A stretch of DNA of 64,000 nt from Albugo candida (GCA_040437565.1 JBDOQK010000024.1:124001-188000); one strand, 5' to 3'. Positions 25,868 to 38,795 are shown, numbered from the stretch's first letter. Numbers and translations: made by a program. Notes: generated by a model not told the origin, from the sequence alone.

Positions 25868-26037
25868 GAGCCGGAAGCACCAAGAACTCGCATTGGAGTT
25901 ATCGCGTTTATAAACGATCTGAAAATCCCATGGTGTCGTTCCTTTGTCCTATCAGAGCTTCTTCATGACCGCTGGACACTTTTGATCTTATTATCGTTTT
26001 TTTGTGAATAGAAAGAGGCTTTAGGCGATGAAAATTC

Positions 26038-28671
26038 TCACGTGTCTTGTGCTTCATTTGAGGTCTTTTTTGCAAAAGTGCGCCATACTTGCTGGATTGT
26101 GGTTGCAGCTATTGTGTTTATCTCATCAACTTCCTGATAAAAATGTGATTTTGTATGGTGTCTTTGCTTCCATTCAAGAAAGCTGGATTGAATCACGCTT
26201 GCCGCCATATTTGAGATTCCAATTGTGATTTTTTCCTGAAGCATTTGCCACCGGTGAAACGCGGACTGTATTCGAGAAGCCGCTACAGAACGTTCAACCA
26301 TCATCGCCTCTGTTAGCCTACGCACTTGATGTCCGCGAACTAAGGATTGGATCATTATAGTAGCCGACTCCTGTCTGCAATCAATCTACAAAGAAAATGG
26401 AAATACGATCAAACATGCAAACGTGAGGTACGAAATTCAACAGCCTACCGCTGAGGCGAGTTCAAGACGATAATGCTGTTCCTCAATATACGAACGACTC
26501 AGCGAAACAGCGAGTTCTCGGTAAACGTGATGACGAGTTTGGAAACCTCTATATAATGCCTGCAGCTTGACTGCCGATTGATTGTAGATCTTTTGTTCAG
26601 CAACGAAATCACGTGCGATATGACCGCGATACATTTTCTGGATATCGGTGGCAGCACGAGCCTTTCGTTCTGCTTCGATTCTAAAAAGGTTGGCTTGTCG
26701 ACCGCTTATATAATTCTGTATCCGAGTTTGTATCAGCGCAGCTGCTGAATCTCTCTTCTGTCTCCGTTCTTCGATTTTGCTCGATTTATACCTATGACGA
26801 GGATTAAGAGGAGGTCGTTGTCCAGGCTCTGTAGGAGAAATCTGTACTGGAGCCTTTCCATACAGTTTGTCTATCACCGGAGCTTTTGCAGCACCATCCT
26901 GTTTCGATGTTGCAAAATCACCCGTGAGATCATTCCGTATGCTTTGAGCTATCTCCCTCATCTTCCTGAGATAATCCAAGTGTGTGGATCGATGCTCTGG
27001 CAGTGAATCTTTATCCCTCTTATCGAACTTTCCATGTTCATAGGTTGAAGATTGTACCTCGTTCTGTACAAGCGAAAACGTCGGAATTGTTGCCTTATCT
27101 TCATCGAGGTCCTTGATAAGATCTAAAGCTTCATTACTCCATTGCTTATTCAGCGAACGACAATCTTGCAAAGCCTGTAGATGACGACCAACCAATTTAG
27201 GGGAGAGGCCAGCGCTTTCACTCGAAAGCATTGGTTTTGGTCGAGATGGTAGTAATGATTCTGTATCGTGAAAGTCGAACAGAAGGCAAGCTTGTGGGGT
27301 TGAGCATTCATCTGCTTTTGTCTCATAGAGAGACTTTTGCTGCCCATTTCTACTAGCTGAGCTTTGAGGTCTGAGAACACTGATTCCATTTCTCGAAGAG
27401 TGAGATAGTTTCTCAGACAAATTTGATGTTCTCGTTCTATTTTGTGGCCTGTATGAATCGTTTGGAGGTCGAGCAGTTCTTGGTCTGATTTTATGACTTC
27501 GGATTGTTGGAGATGTCTCATTTTTCACTTGCATTTTACGATTACCGGAATCTACCGGCTTGGACATATACGCTTTGTGGAGTGTATTATTTTCATCATA
27601 TTCGCCTCGGGGTTTACTTCCGTTAATATTGGCAGACTGTGGGCGCTCCCTCAGCGCTGGACGATGCACTGTTCGTGAAGGTTTTTCCACTCGCTTATAC
27701 CTCTTCTTTGCATTCTCAAATGCGGAGAGAAACGATTGATGTAATGCTGGATTGATCTCCTTGCATCTCGTGCCTATCTGAAAAGATTTCTTGTACCATT
27801 GTAAACTTGCTTCCCCTTTATTATTAAACTCCAACTCCACTGCGAAATTATGATACGCGATGGCCAAAGCAAGCAATTTTTGCTCTTTAGCTCCCTTTTC
27901 CGAAATATTTGACCTTTCATAATTGTCCACCGATCCAATACCTACCAATTCGTCCTGCACATAGAAGACTGCAGCCTGAGCATACTCTAAGGCGGCATCG
28001 TGTTGCCCAAGCTGTGAGCTTACTGCACAAAGATTCATATATGTCACTGATATGTTTTTCACGTGCTCACAGTTTAATCCGATTTGTAGAGCTTCCTTCA
28101 AGTATCGGAGTGCTGATTTGAGCTTTCCCATTCTCCGCAAGCAGCAAGCGATGTTGTTGTATGTGAGAATCCGGCCAGCCTCGCATCCAGAGAACTTGTC
28201 CGGTTTGATAAGTGTCTCGGCTTTATGTAATGTGCTGAGGCAGTCTGTGTGCTTATTTGCTGACAGTAGCTCTATTGCTACTGAATTGTAAGCTTGCACG
28301 ACTTCTTCGAGAGTCTGGAGAACGGTCGGATGAGTGAAACCATACATTTCACGCTTTAGTGATAATAGCTGTTCCGAACAGCTCAATGCTTGTGTGTCCA
28401 TGTGATTTTCTTTCAGGAATTTGATGGTCGCGTCCAGCATCTCTATTGCTTGCGTGTTTGGGTGTATTGACGCTTCAAGCACGTCTTCAGACGTGAGAGT
28501 GCTGTCAAGCAGCGGTCTCGGTAAAGGTATCCAGGAGTTCACATCCCGTAGAGTCGGAATTTGGGGCGCTCTTACTGCATTGACACCTTTATGACGTAAG
28601 CGATGTATATTGGACGTCGAAGTTGAATTATGGGTTGAATTCCATTCGTATCGCTGCATTTCTAAGCTCAA
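26038..28671 (-). CDS. TPR-repeat and IQ-motif protein, multi-exon; 3' end approximate
   Basis: TPR-like TYNNIACCLRRMGKLKSALRYLKEAL, AIAYHNFAVELEF; IQ motifs IQKMYRGHIAR, LQALYRGFQTR, IQSLVRGHQVR. Confidence 0.85.
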
Positions 28672-28793
28672 AATGCGAGAAATGTTTCCAACACAACTGC
28701 TAAACGCAAAGTCATATTTTCCTGCTTTTTATAATTTTAGATCTGATGGTCGGACTGCAAAATGTGATAGACTTTTCCATCCGTTATGCAAGA

Positions 28794-30068
28794 TCATGTG
28801 CGTGAAAAGGAGGAATAACTATCAGAGTTTAGCAGGGTGTACAAAAGCCGTTCTCGCGACTGATAATTAGAGATCTGAGCTTCCAGCTCGTCCATTTTTC
28901 TCTTCATGATGGCAAATGCGCCAGCATGGTCTGCAAGTTGCTGGACAAGTTGGCTATTTTCACGGTGTAGTCTTTGGATAGTTTTCTTGTAAGGCTCGGT
29001 AAGACGAGTTATTACGTCTCGAATCGGCTCTGAAGGACATTCTTTTTTCATTTGAATCGACTCGTGTTCATTTTTTGTGTTGCGAGGATGGAGAGCATTT
29101 AGCGTGTCTGCCTCATCCTGAAGATGCAGCTGACCTTTGCTTGTGACAGCTATAGCTTCGGAGGACCCTTGAGATGCACTAGCTGATATTGCTGCTTCAG
29201 TCGCTTTCCATTCCCGAGATTTGGAGGTCATGTCATGCGATTCTGATTCTGATAAGGCCTGACCGTACATTGGATCAGAAAGCTCTATCTCTTCACGTTG
29301 AATAAATACTTCATGCGACACGGAATCCAGAACTTGAGTAAAATCTTCAGCTTCTGGTTTGGTCACGACAACAAAGTCTTCTCGTACGGAATCTATAATG
29401 TGGAAGCTCGAGGAAGCAAACCTAGAATCCCAGAGATCTGAGTGAGGTTCTTTTTCTATATTCGCTTTGTCACGGAAGAGCGGTGTTTGCGCAAATAGTT
29501 CTGAAGCTGTTGACGAATTCTTTGTAGTTTGAAAAGAATCGTTTCTATGCTCAATATGAAACGTATCGTCTTCCGTCGCCCTTGGTGGAAAATCAACGTT
29601 ACTGCACTGCTCTTCCCTTTCTGATGAAAACCAGCTTCCGGGTGGTATTGTATCCGTTCTTTCGGTCGAAATTTCTAATTGGAAAGGCGATGAATCTTCA
29701 TTCAAATCAACGGTATCATAGATTTTACTGATAGGGTCCGCTGGAGGGATCGACTCACTTTGAAAAATAGCATTAGCTTCTGTCGATTTGCTTTGATACT
29801 GTACGTTCGCAGTCAAATCTGAAAAGACTGTAGAATTTGTCTGGAATAAGCTCGACACATCATCTTCGTCATGTTCTTGACTGTTTGCCTTCTTTTCAGT
29901 ATTTGACTTGTTTGGGTCTACAATTTCATGTACATGAGATTTGAAACCATATTCAGAAGTATTGGGCTGTGAGGAAAAGTCATCAAAATCGTTTGTAGTC
30001 CATACATTTGGTGACGCATCGCCAGCGCCCGTCGGTGATGCGACAAAATGCTGCAGAAGGCGATTCAT
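28794..30068 (-). CDS. Hypothetical acidic Ser-rich protein with C-terminal coiled coil
   Basis: Long open frame; probable ATG at 30068 (MNRLLQHF); heptad-like IQRLHRENSQLVQQL...MDELEAQI. Confidence 0.7.
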   Translation of the reverse strand: MNRLLQHFVASPTGAGDASPNVWTTNDFDDFSSQPNTSEYGFKSHVHEIVDPNKSNTEKKANSQEHDEDDVSSLFQTNSTVFSDLTANVQYQSKSTEANAIFQSESIPPADPISKIYDTVDLNEDSSPFQLEISTERTDTIPPGSWFSSEREEQCSNVDFPPRATEDDTFHIEHRNDSFQTTKNSSTASELFAQTPLFRDKANIEKEPHSDLWDSRFASSSFHIIDSVREDFVVVTKPEAEDFTQVLDSVSHEVFIQREEIELSDPMYGQALSESESHDMTSKSREWKATEAAISASASQGSSEAIAVTSKGQLHLQDEADTLNALHPRNTKNEHESIQMKKECPSEPIRDVITRLTEPYKKTIQRLHRENSQLVQQLADHAGAFAIMKRKMDELEAQISNYQSRERLLYTLLNSDSYSSFSRT

Positions 30069-31090
30069 CAGGATTGTTGAAATAGTGTAATGACCTCGTT
30101 TGATGTGCACATTTTTCGCGTACGTGACGCATGCGTTATCATCGCTCCGCTGCGTGAATGCCTCCTCTCCAAAGTATTAAACGGTTGAATCCGCAAAAGG
30201 CCATAGTCAACTTTCTACTGTCGCACGTATGGCTCTGTAAACACTACGCACTCAGTGTGATCTCATAGGAAACGAAAATGATCACGTGTCTGCGGTATTC
30301 GTGAGAGAATACTATGCACTACCAAGCGAAAAAGCATGGCTTACGTTCGCAAAGAGAGCATTGATATCGTGCTTGATAGCATTGCATCGAATACACTGAA
30401 GAGATAACTTTTTGACGAAATTGAGCTTTCTACGGAAGGTGCGTCTAGCTCACAGATCAAGATGCATTAAAAAGATTGATAGTGTGATGCGTGGAATCTG
30501 CGCGATGAATGTCCATCTCTAGTGGCTTATCGAATTGACACGGCATGTATAGTCGAATGTAAATGTATTATAAGATTCCGAGTCCAAGATTTTGATGGTG
30601 AATAAAGAAGATGCCGAAACTGTTTTCGACAGTATTTGATATTGTGTTTCTACTCGATGAGAGCCTTCACCAAAACACTCATTGAAAAGTATGAATGAGC
30701 TCTCTGGTTCGCGGGTAGTTCCGATATAGGTGGAGTATGTTGATGAGAAGATTCATTGGATTATTGAAAAGAGTGCAGCCTAGTGATGCCATGTACGTAT
30801 GTATAATTCTATTTCGCTTTCTTGCGAACATTTTACATTCAGCACACCAAAACTTCAAAATGAGAGAGATTAACAAATAGCACTGCCTGCAAGAACTCAA
30901 GTGCCTTCGTTCCGTATGATAGCTTACAGATGGCAAGTGCCACGACATAGAGAGCGACAACTGACTCGCACAACCACGCCAAGGCATCGTCGGTAGCATC
31001 ACAACACAAGCTCTCGAGATGTGCGCAAGCGGAATCTTCACAGGGAATTGTGGTCTTTAGTCGATCGTAAACAACTTCACACGTCGTGTT

Positions 31091-31720
31091 TTGAAGCTTA
31101 CGGTAGTGTACGGGATGCTTTTTCAGAAAGCAAATAAGAGTGGTCACAGCCCGCACGCTCTTATTTGCGATGATTGTGGGGAGGAAACACCACGAATTGA
31201 TCAGAACTTGTTTCAGAACTTCAATGTTAGAGTATGCTACTATTGTAAACAGGATAAGACTCTAAAACTTGGCTGGTATCAGCTTCTAAGCAAGTCTAGA
31301 GCCACCAAAGAATACGCCTTGCCAGAATCTAGCTTTACAACGTTGATGCATATCTGCAAAACTAATCCTCACAATGAGAATTTCAATCCACTAAAGCTTT
31401 ATCTTCGTAAGCATCTATTGCAGGAAGCGATTCGACTGTATGGAAGTGAACTCCAGCTCGAAGAAGAAAAGAATCGACGAGAGAAATTGACTTTTGATAG
31501 AGCTAGGTCTCGAGTACAAAGTTTTCTGCGGCGAAAAACGATAAGGAAGGCATTCAAAGGTACTCAGTCGACAGATGCGCCAGAAAGCACCAAAAAATTA
31601 AAAACGTTGCGTCAAAACGATCATCTTCACGAATTCAGCCACCAAGAATACGATGAAACAACCTCAAAATGGTTTAAAAAGTGTGATTGTGGGATGAAAG
31701 TCGAGTTTGAAAAATGGTGA
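31091..31720 (+). CDS. XPA: DNA damage recognition protein XPA/Rad14
   Basis: Zinc finger CDDC...FNVRVCYYCK, KTNPHNENFNPLKLYL, C-terminal HLHEF...KKCDCGMKVEFEKW. First ATG at 31115; an upstream exon is possible. Confidence 0.9.
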   Translation: MKLTVVYGMLFQKANKSGHSPHALICDDCGEETPRIDQNLFQNFNVRVCYYCKQDKTLKLGWYQLLSKSRATKEYALPESSFTTLMHICKTNPHNENFNPLKLYLRKHLLQEAIRLYGSELQLEEEKNRREKLTFDRARSRVQSFLRRKTIRKAFKGTQSTDAPESTKKLKTLRQNDHLHEFSHQEYDETTSKWFKKCDCGMKVEFEKW

Positions 31721-31964
31721 TTCTGACAGCGTAAATACGGAAAGACGCATTGTTGACCTTCAAATCAACGAATGCGCTTTCGTACGACAGAGGGCTTGCT
31801 GTGTAGTGAAGGGTACTTGCGTTTATTTACTCATTAGAACGCTACTAATAATCTTCAACCACAAGAGATCAAACCACGCCACTTGAGGTTCATGAGAAAC
31901 ACTCACTTATACTATACTCCATCTAAAATCAGCAAAAATTTGCTCTAGGACGTCATCAAAGCAA

Positions 31965-33617
31965 TCAGAAAGAGTTCTGACGCATGAAATAATGAGATTT
32001 CGGGGAAGTGCTTGATATGTTTTGCTGGTGTTCCTCCAACAATCTTCGTAACGTGAAATTCGAGAACACTTGAAGCGTCGAGAGATGTGCGCCGGTCATC
32101 GGTGATATTGTGCTGGTCGAAAACCAATGCAATATTGCTTCCCGTTCGTACGTGTGCCCATCTGCTGCTACCACCGGATCGACCATCAAACAACCAGTGA
32201 TGGGACAAGTTAGCTGAAAATCTGTGCCTTTTTCGTTATGAGCGTCTTCCGTGCACTCTTCCTGTTGACCATTGTCTTCTCCAATTCGACTCAATGCAAG
32301 ACGTTCTTCACGGCTTTTTTGTACGTCGTCGGACGTGAATGCATCGACAATGGCTGGTCTGTGTGTTGCTTCCAGCGTATCTCCAGCCATTTTACACCCT
32401 TCCAAGCAAAGATGCTGTCGTGAGTCCCATGCGTAAAAAGTTTTGATCAACTCCTCTTTGATTCTTCCGGCAGCTTCACGACTTCCGCAAATGCAGCTCT
32501 CCAAACCGGCTTCAATACCATTCAAATACACCTCGTTCAAAGTTGTACGTGCAGTATGAGCGACGAGACTTGCGCCAATCTTGCAGAGCACAAACGTTTG
32601 TTTCATAGACTTGCGATTAGAATCCGGCAAGGAGCGCCATATTTCTTCGAGCTGGAGGAATGCCAAATTCTGTCGGACAAACCTAAAGTAGTTTTCAAAC
32701 TCAAGGTGGGCAGTATCTATTTGAGATGGACGAGATACCACTACGACCAAGTTTCGATGGATTTCAAAGGACACCACCCATTTCTCACCACTTTTCCAGT
32801 GCACGAAAACGCGATCTTGGAAGCAGGAAACAACCTCTAGATTTGCACACATTGGAACCAATTTGCCGTAGTAATCCATGCCTCCATATCCCGCGATACG
32901 AACGATGTCGCCTCTTTTCGGAGCCATACCTGTCACATCGAAATGCAAACCGAGCTGAATTTGACCAGCATCACGGTGTACATCATCACGAAGGGTATAC
33001 CACGATCGGTAGCTTGATGATGAAGATAATATACATGGTAGTAAGGGCACTAGAACTTGTCCGATTTGCTTGTCTTCCTGCATATTCTCACTTCCTCCAG
33101 CATTACTTTCGTCGTTCATTCGAGCTCTATGGTATACTCGAAGCAATAGTTCTGGGTAACATGGATGATATGCGACTGAATTAGTTTTCTCATTTGGAAT
33201 TTTGCTGTGGTGATACATAGACGACGACAAATGAGGTGAAAGACTTTGAGCAATGTCTTGATCTGTGGGTAAAGGAACTTGCAAGAATCCGGTTTCTTTC
33301 CATGACGGATTCAATGTTTGTTTTTTTGCTGTCGTGAGGTAAGTTTCTGTCGATACAGATAATGAAATGAATGGATTCGAATAACTAGGAGTCCATTTTA
33401 GCAAGCTTCCCAACACAGCAGGAAGCAAATTGCATGCATTCAAAACTTCTACTTTCAAAATACCACCACATAGATGAGAGTTTTTTGAAAGATTTTTCAT
33501 GTTTGCGATAGCGCTGTTCTCATGTTTGCCCACTTTCGCACTGCTATGGACACGAAGCATTTTTCTTCTTGAAGACGCCTGAGGTCGCGATATGAGAAAA
33601 GCTATGAACCACACCAA
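31965..33617 (-). CDS. C2-domain plus U-box E3 ubiquitin ligase
   Basis: C2 (GILKVEVLNACNL, NPFISLSV, KQTLNPSWKE) and U-box (LTCPITGCLMVDPVVAADGHTYEREAILHWF...SPMTG...NFTLRRLLEE). Confidence 0.9.
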   Translation of the reverse strand: MVWFIAFLISRPQASSRRKMLRVHSSAKVGKHENSAIANMKNLSKNSHLCGGILKVEVLNACNLLPAVLGSLLKWTPSYSNPFISLSVSTETYLTTAKKQTLNPSWKETGFLQVPLPTDQDIAQSLSPHLSSSMYHHSKIPNEKTNSVAYHPCYPELLLRVYHRARMNDESNAGGSENMQEDKQIGQVLVPLLPCILSSSSSYRSWYTLRDDVHRDAGQIQLGLHFDVTGMAPKRGDIVRIAGYGGMDYYGKLVPMCANLEVVSCFQDRVFVHWKSGEKWVVSFEIHRNLVVVVSRPSQIDTAHLEFENYFRFVRQNLAFLQLEEIWRSLPDSNRKSMKQTFVLCKIGASLVAHTARTTLNEVYLNGIEAGLESCICGSREAAGRIKEELIKTFYAWDSRQHLCLEGCKMAGDTLEATHRPAIVDAFTSDDVQKSREERLALSRIGEDNGQQEECTEDAHNEKGTDFQLTCPITGCLMVDPVVAADGHTYEREAILHWFSTSTISPMTGAHLSTLQVFSNFTLRRLLEEHQQNISSTSPKSHYFMRQNSF

Positions 33618-33837
33618 TAACTGTCAAATACCTCACCCATTTATTAACTTAAATTTTTGGGGTTTGAAAAAGATTTTTGATGTGTGATAAAGTGTTGAAA
33701 TAATGTGAAGATAGAATACTCCACGAGCCTTGATATCTGAAGCTGTGCGCCTGTTTCTATTTATGTGTTTTTACTTCCAATATATTTAATAAATTGATGC
33801 ATTTGACAAAACTTAGTGTGACACCGACCAGGAAAAT

Positions 33838-33903
33838 GGCCTTGTGGTCTAGTGGTATGATTCTCGCTTAGGGTGCGAGAGGTCCCGGATTCGATCTCCG
33901 GCA
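33838..33903 (+). tRNA. tRNA-Pro(AGG), 3' end cut by an assembly gap
   Basis: GGCCTTGTGGTCTAGTGGTATGATTCTCGCTTAGGGTGCGAGAGGTCCCGGATTCGATCTCCGGCA: D arm, anticodon stem CTCGC/GCGAG around AGG, T arm. Confidence 0.92.
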
Positions 33904-34784
33904 NNNNNNNNNNNNNNNNNNNNNNNNNNNNNNNNNNNNNNNNNNNNNNNNNNNNNNNNNNNNNNNNNNNNNNNNNNNNNNNNNNNNNNNNNNNNNNNNN
34001 NNNAGGAGGATGGCCATACGTGTCACAGCTTGTAAACGCAGAAATATGTACTCGGCTGGATCCTTTTCCAATGACTCCAGTTCAATGTTTGCCTGTAACA
34101 AGCTCAATAGAAACAGCATCAGCGTCGGAAAGTTGAATCGGCATATACCGGCACACTCATGTAAAGGTTGTCGGCACGAAAAGGTACTCAGTCCATTTGA
34201 CAATTTGACATGACCTGTACACACGATGGACAATACTCAAGGCTCGCATTGTGTCTCATTTGGCACCTAGCAGTCTTGTAACATTCTCCGTTGTGCTATC
34301 ATTTTAGCATAATTTTGTCGTTGTTGTATTTTGACTTGTTTCCATCGATAAACGCTTTGTGCGCCGCACACTGCTCTGACCATTTGTCTCCAGGACATGA
34401 TACATCACTTCATTGTTTCCATATGAAAGCAATCGTGTGTATCTAGAAGCAGGACGTTTTCAATGTGAATAAGAAAGCACATTCTATCACTGCAAAGGAG
34501 ATAAGCCTAGGAGTCCACGCAGGTGATTATGAAAAGATCGCATTTAAAGTTGCACTCCGAGTCTTTCGCGCTCGGTTGAAGTTCGCGAACAGGTCAATAC
34601 TGACCGTACCGGTATACCTATAACCGAAGATATGATACGAATGCATGATTATGAGTGCCGTTACTGCGCCATCTAACTTTATACAGCAAAAATTTGTGTC
34701 AGAATTCGTTTCGAAAAGAAGAAGTACCAATGTAACCGCACGAGTGTGCACAAGTTGATGGCATTTTGCATTCTTTAAAGAAGT

Positions 34785-35622
34785 ATGCAGTTCGTCTCGC
34801 TGATACTTGCCGCTGCTTTGGATCGGATTGTGGGTCATTCGGACCATTTGCATTGGGGATATTCGGATGCCAATTTGGGGCCAACGGAATGGAGTAAACA
34901 ATTTGCGCAGTGCGGATCGTCGAATTCTCTGCAGTCTCCCATTGACATCGTATCCAATGAAACCATTCCAGTGAAAACAGTCTCTCCGTTCAAATACTTT
35001 GGCAAATGTGTCATGAGAAATGTCACGAAGCTGCCGTACTCTTACGTGGTGTACTTGAGGAATTCATCGTGTGGAGTAATTCGTGAGGGAAAACGATATG
35101 CGCTGCTACAAATTCATCCACATGTACCAGCGGAGCACAGAATCGATGGAAGGCAGCACGACGCAGAGATTCATTTTGTTCACAGCAATTCAGAGGCAAA
35201 ACTCTTCGTAATTGCGGTTTTGCTTGAAAAATATGATTCAAGTGAGAGATGGATTTCTCGGTATATAAAAATGCTTGAAACATTTCAAGGAGAAGAAAAG
35301 CCTTACGAGGACAATATGTACGTTCTTTATTGAGGTCTACCGTACCAGATGTAATCTTTGCTGATGTAGGGACTTCTTCAGAGGGATCACTTCCCTATTG
35401 AAAAGGAAATCAAATTTGTTCTCGTATACTGGAGGCTTGACAACACCTCCTTGTACTGGTGGTGTAACATTTATGGTTCTATCCGAACCTATGCGCGTTT
35501 CACGAAAGGACTTTGCACGATTGATGCATTACCAGGAAAGCCTCGTTCTATCTCAGGATGGGAAAAATGCTCGGCCTCTTCAGCCGTTAAATGATCGCAA
35601 AGTCTACTCTTTTACTATGTAG
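34785..35622 (+). CDS. Alpha carbonic anhydrase with signal-peptide-like N-terminus, 2 exons
   Basis: HWGY, QSPIDI, QIHPH and AEH, EIHFVH (three Zn histidines), YTGGLTTPPC, NARPLQPLNDR. Intron about 35320..35370. Confidence 0.92.
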
Positions 35623-36352
35623 TTACCTTGATAGTTTGATTGAGTTTTTGTACAGATTAATTGTCGATGATAGGTGACGTATTTGGGTGTAATGCATTAC
35701 GACCTTAAGGAATGGTCCAATATCTCTTTTAAACACCAGCTATGCATTATATGGGAGTTGATCGGGAGATGCTAGTCACCGTTATAATGCCTGTAGGTAC
35801 CTCCAAAAGACTCGGGGTTAGTTCTCTCATGAGTTTGCATGCAATTTTACGCATATAGAGTTTGCGCTTGACAATGGTTGAGTTCTAAACCGAAAAAATC
35901 GTCACATACCTGTCTGCAACGTTTTATAAAAAGAGGTACAATCGCCATCATGAAGCGACGTTTCTTGGAAGCTTTTTGCGTGCTCACTTCAGAAGGTGAT
36001 ACCTGTGCCCAATCAAAACATACTACAAAGGCAGTCGAATTACGCTGAAAGAAGTAGAGCAGTTTTTGCAGATTTAGCACCAGCTCTTTCTTTTTGTCAA
36101 CAAGTCGCCCAGTGGTTGAGTCTCATTTAATCAACGCTTTCACCTCTATCAACACTGAGGGTAAAGAACAGGTAAGCTCCGCTTCTGCACGCTTTTTGTT
36201 TCGTAAAACTCTTCGCAAGTTTCTGAGTCGATTTGATCACTTTAGTAAGCACAAGACGATAAATACGCCCACAAGTCTCTCCTCTTCGTCTTTTCTGCTT
36301 CGGACGTGAAGAGAACCAAGAGGCTACGAATCGGTTTTTGTAGAGTGCTTTC

Positions 36353-37841
36353 ATGAATGAAGGGTTCTTCGGAGATGTGCAGCAAGCTGATAGATCGCCA
36401 GATTTAGCGGACATGATGTTTGACTTGGATGAAGAACTTGAAAACTTACCGTCAGAAAGAACTTTTACATCCTCAGACATGCAGGTAGACAGTTACTTCC
36501 CAATGGAAGATCTTTCACGCCCTTGCAATCCTATGGCATATTTGTTGGAAAATCAACAAGAAGATGTACTTCCTGACCGGGGTATGGGAATTCATATGCG
36601 TCATTTTGTATCAGTTGCTCCTTCGGATGCAAAATTGCGTGACGGTACCTACCATCAATTCCATAATGATACAGCTGGAACATTACGAGACGCTAGCGAT
36701 GACTTCACCACACTATGTCAAGTCGATGGGAGAAAACGAAAAATCGAAAAGTTGGAAGCGTTTGACTCATCGACAGTCATTCCAGTTCGAAGAGTAAAAC
36801 CTCGAGCTACACGATCGTTGTATCAAGCGTTTGCTGGAAATATGGTGGTGAAAACCGGATCAGCGCAGCCTTTAACCAGTCATGTCGAATGCTCCGATCA
36901 CATAAAGCAGAGTAAGAAAGAAGAAGATGCAGCAGGATCATCCGTTGGATCTTTTTCCTATTTGAAAATTGATACCACAGTCAGAAAAGCATCTTTTCAC
37001 GATAGAGTTTATCGGAGGGCAAGCGCATCAATTGATATACCGACAAAGAACTCGCGGTCGTCACGTGATCGTTCAGGACTGGAAGGATACGACAACTTGA
37101 AAAGCTCCTCCCTCAGCAATTCGAGGGCTCCGATTTCTTCTTCATCTTGGAGAGCACCAGCATCGTGCTTTGAGTACTTTTGTCGTAGTAGTCACGATAT
37201 CTCTTCTCCTCTTCGACTACGTTTCCAGAATTTACTNNNNNNNNNNNNNNNNNNNNNNNNNNNNNNNNNNNNNNNNNNNNNNNNNNNNNNNNNNNNNNNN
37301 NNNNNNNNNNNNNNNNNNNNNNNNNNNNNNNNNNNNAGTCATTCCAGTTCGAAGAGTAAAACCTCGAGCTACACGATCGTTGTATCAAGCGTTTGCTGGA
37401 AATATGGTGGTGAAAACCGGATCAGCGCAGCCTTTAACCAGTCATGTCGAATGCTCCGATCACATAAAGCAGAGTAAGAAAGAAGAAGATGCAGCAGGAT
37501 CATCCGTTGGATCTTTTTCCTATTTGAAAATTGATACCACAGTCAGAAAAGCATCTTTTCACGATAGAGTTTATCGGAGGGCAAGCGCATCAATTGATAT
37601 ACCGACAAAGAACTCGCGGTCGTCACGTGATCGTTCAGGACTGGAAGGATACGACAACTTGAAAAGCTCCTCCCTCAGCAATTCGAGGGCTCCGATTTCT
37701 TCTTCATCTTGGAGAGCACCAGCATCGTGCTTTGAGTACTTTTGTCGTAGTAGTCACGATATCTCTTCTCCTCTTCGACTACGTTTCCAGAATTTACTGG
37801 TCCGATCGTTCGGCCGCACCGGAAGCTTTGATGCGGCTTAA
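36353..37841 (+). CDS. Family Y gene: hypothetical Ser/Arg-rich protein, apparently intact copy
   Basis: Open frame once the gap-flank duplication (36775..37236 = 37337..37798) is collapsed. Upstream exons from about 35900 are possible because paralogue similarity extends there. Confidence 0.6.
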
Positions 37842-38795
37842 ATCGTGATGAGAATCTTGCAAACAGCCTCTGTACGAGTCTAAATGCAAGTGTTATTTTG
37901 GTTATGTTGACTGATCCTGCCAAAAGAAGTGATAGTCTTTATCGTAGCCGTCGTGTTTTAGTCAATCCAACGAGCAGATTTGTTGACAAATATAATTGAA
38001 AAAATTTCTTAGAGAGCAATGCTGTGCACGATGTTACACTATACACTACCCATCTTGCTGTCCTAATCGTTTCCACATATGGATATTTGACAGTAAAGTA
38101 CTAATGGTACAGATGGAGAGGTTTTGGCATTTATACATTCCATCAGTGTCGAGAAGCAATATCAGCGGCTGTGGGAGTGATCGAGCATCGGAAAATGTCC
38201 TTGTTCATGTCTAGAACTGAATATGGTGTCCTTCGGTAAGTATTTGATGTTAACGGGGCTACAAGGTCCAATTGGATCAAGCGCAGTGGTAATCACTCAC
38301 GCGTGTACGCCACTTGCTAGTCTTGCTTGAATAAAACAAAGCTGCATCTCACTATGCGCTGGGCAGCTGCTGCGACTGCGCAGGGATAAGAGAGTATGCA
38401 CGAATTGGGCCCGGTAACCCAGATACTCTCATACGAAAGGGTAAACTGGGAAATGTCCAGCATTTTTCGGGCGGATGAAAGGGGACGAACATTAGCGCGG
38501 TAGCTGAAAATAATTTTGCTTCAATATCACAAAGCACGCATGTAAGAAATGTAAATGGGCATTATTCACGACGTTGTAAGCTCAGGCTTGAGTACGCTTT
38601 GGTACTTAAGAATATTGGTGAAAGCACGCATTCGACAATACTGAACGTTGTAACTTGCTAGATTTCGAGGTAAAGCATGCTCTCGTACACTTCTTTATCT
38701 GGCAATGGTGTGCTTGTGTACTTGAAGAGAATGCAGAAGCAAGCATTCTAGAATACTGGAAGGTGTAACTTGCCCAACTTTCTAAACACAGCATA

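Noticed and set aside
30120-31090. Possible small gene or upstream XPA exons
   Set aside because: Short overlapping ORFs only; no supportable model.
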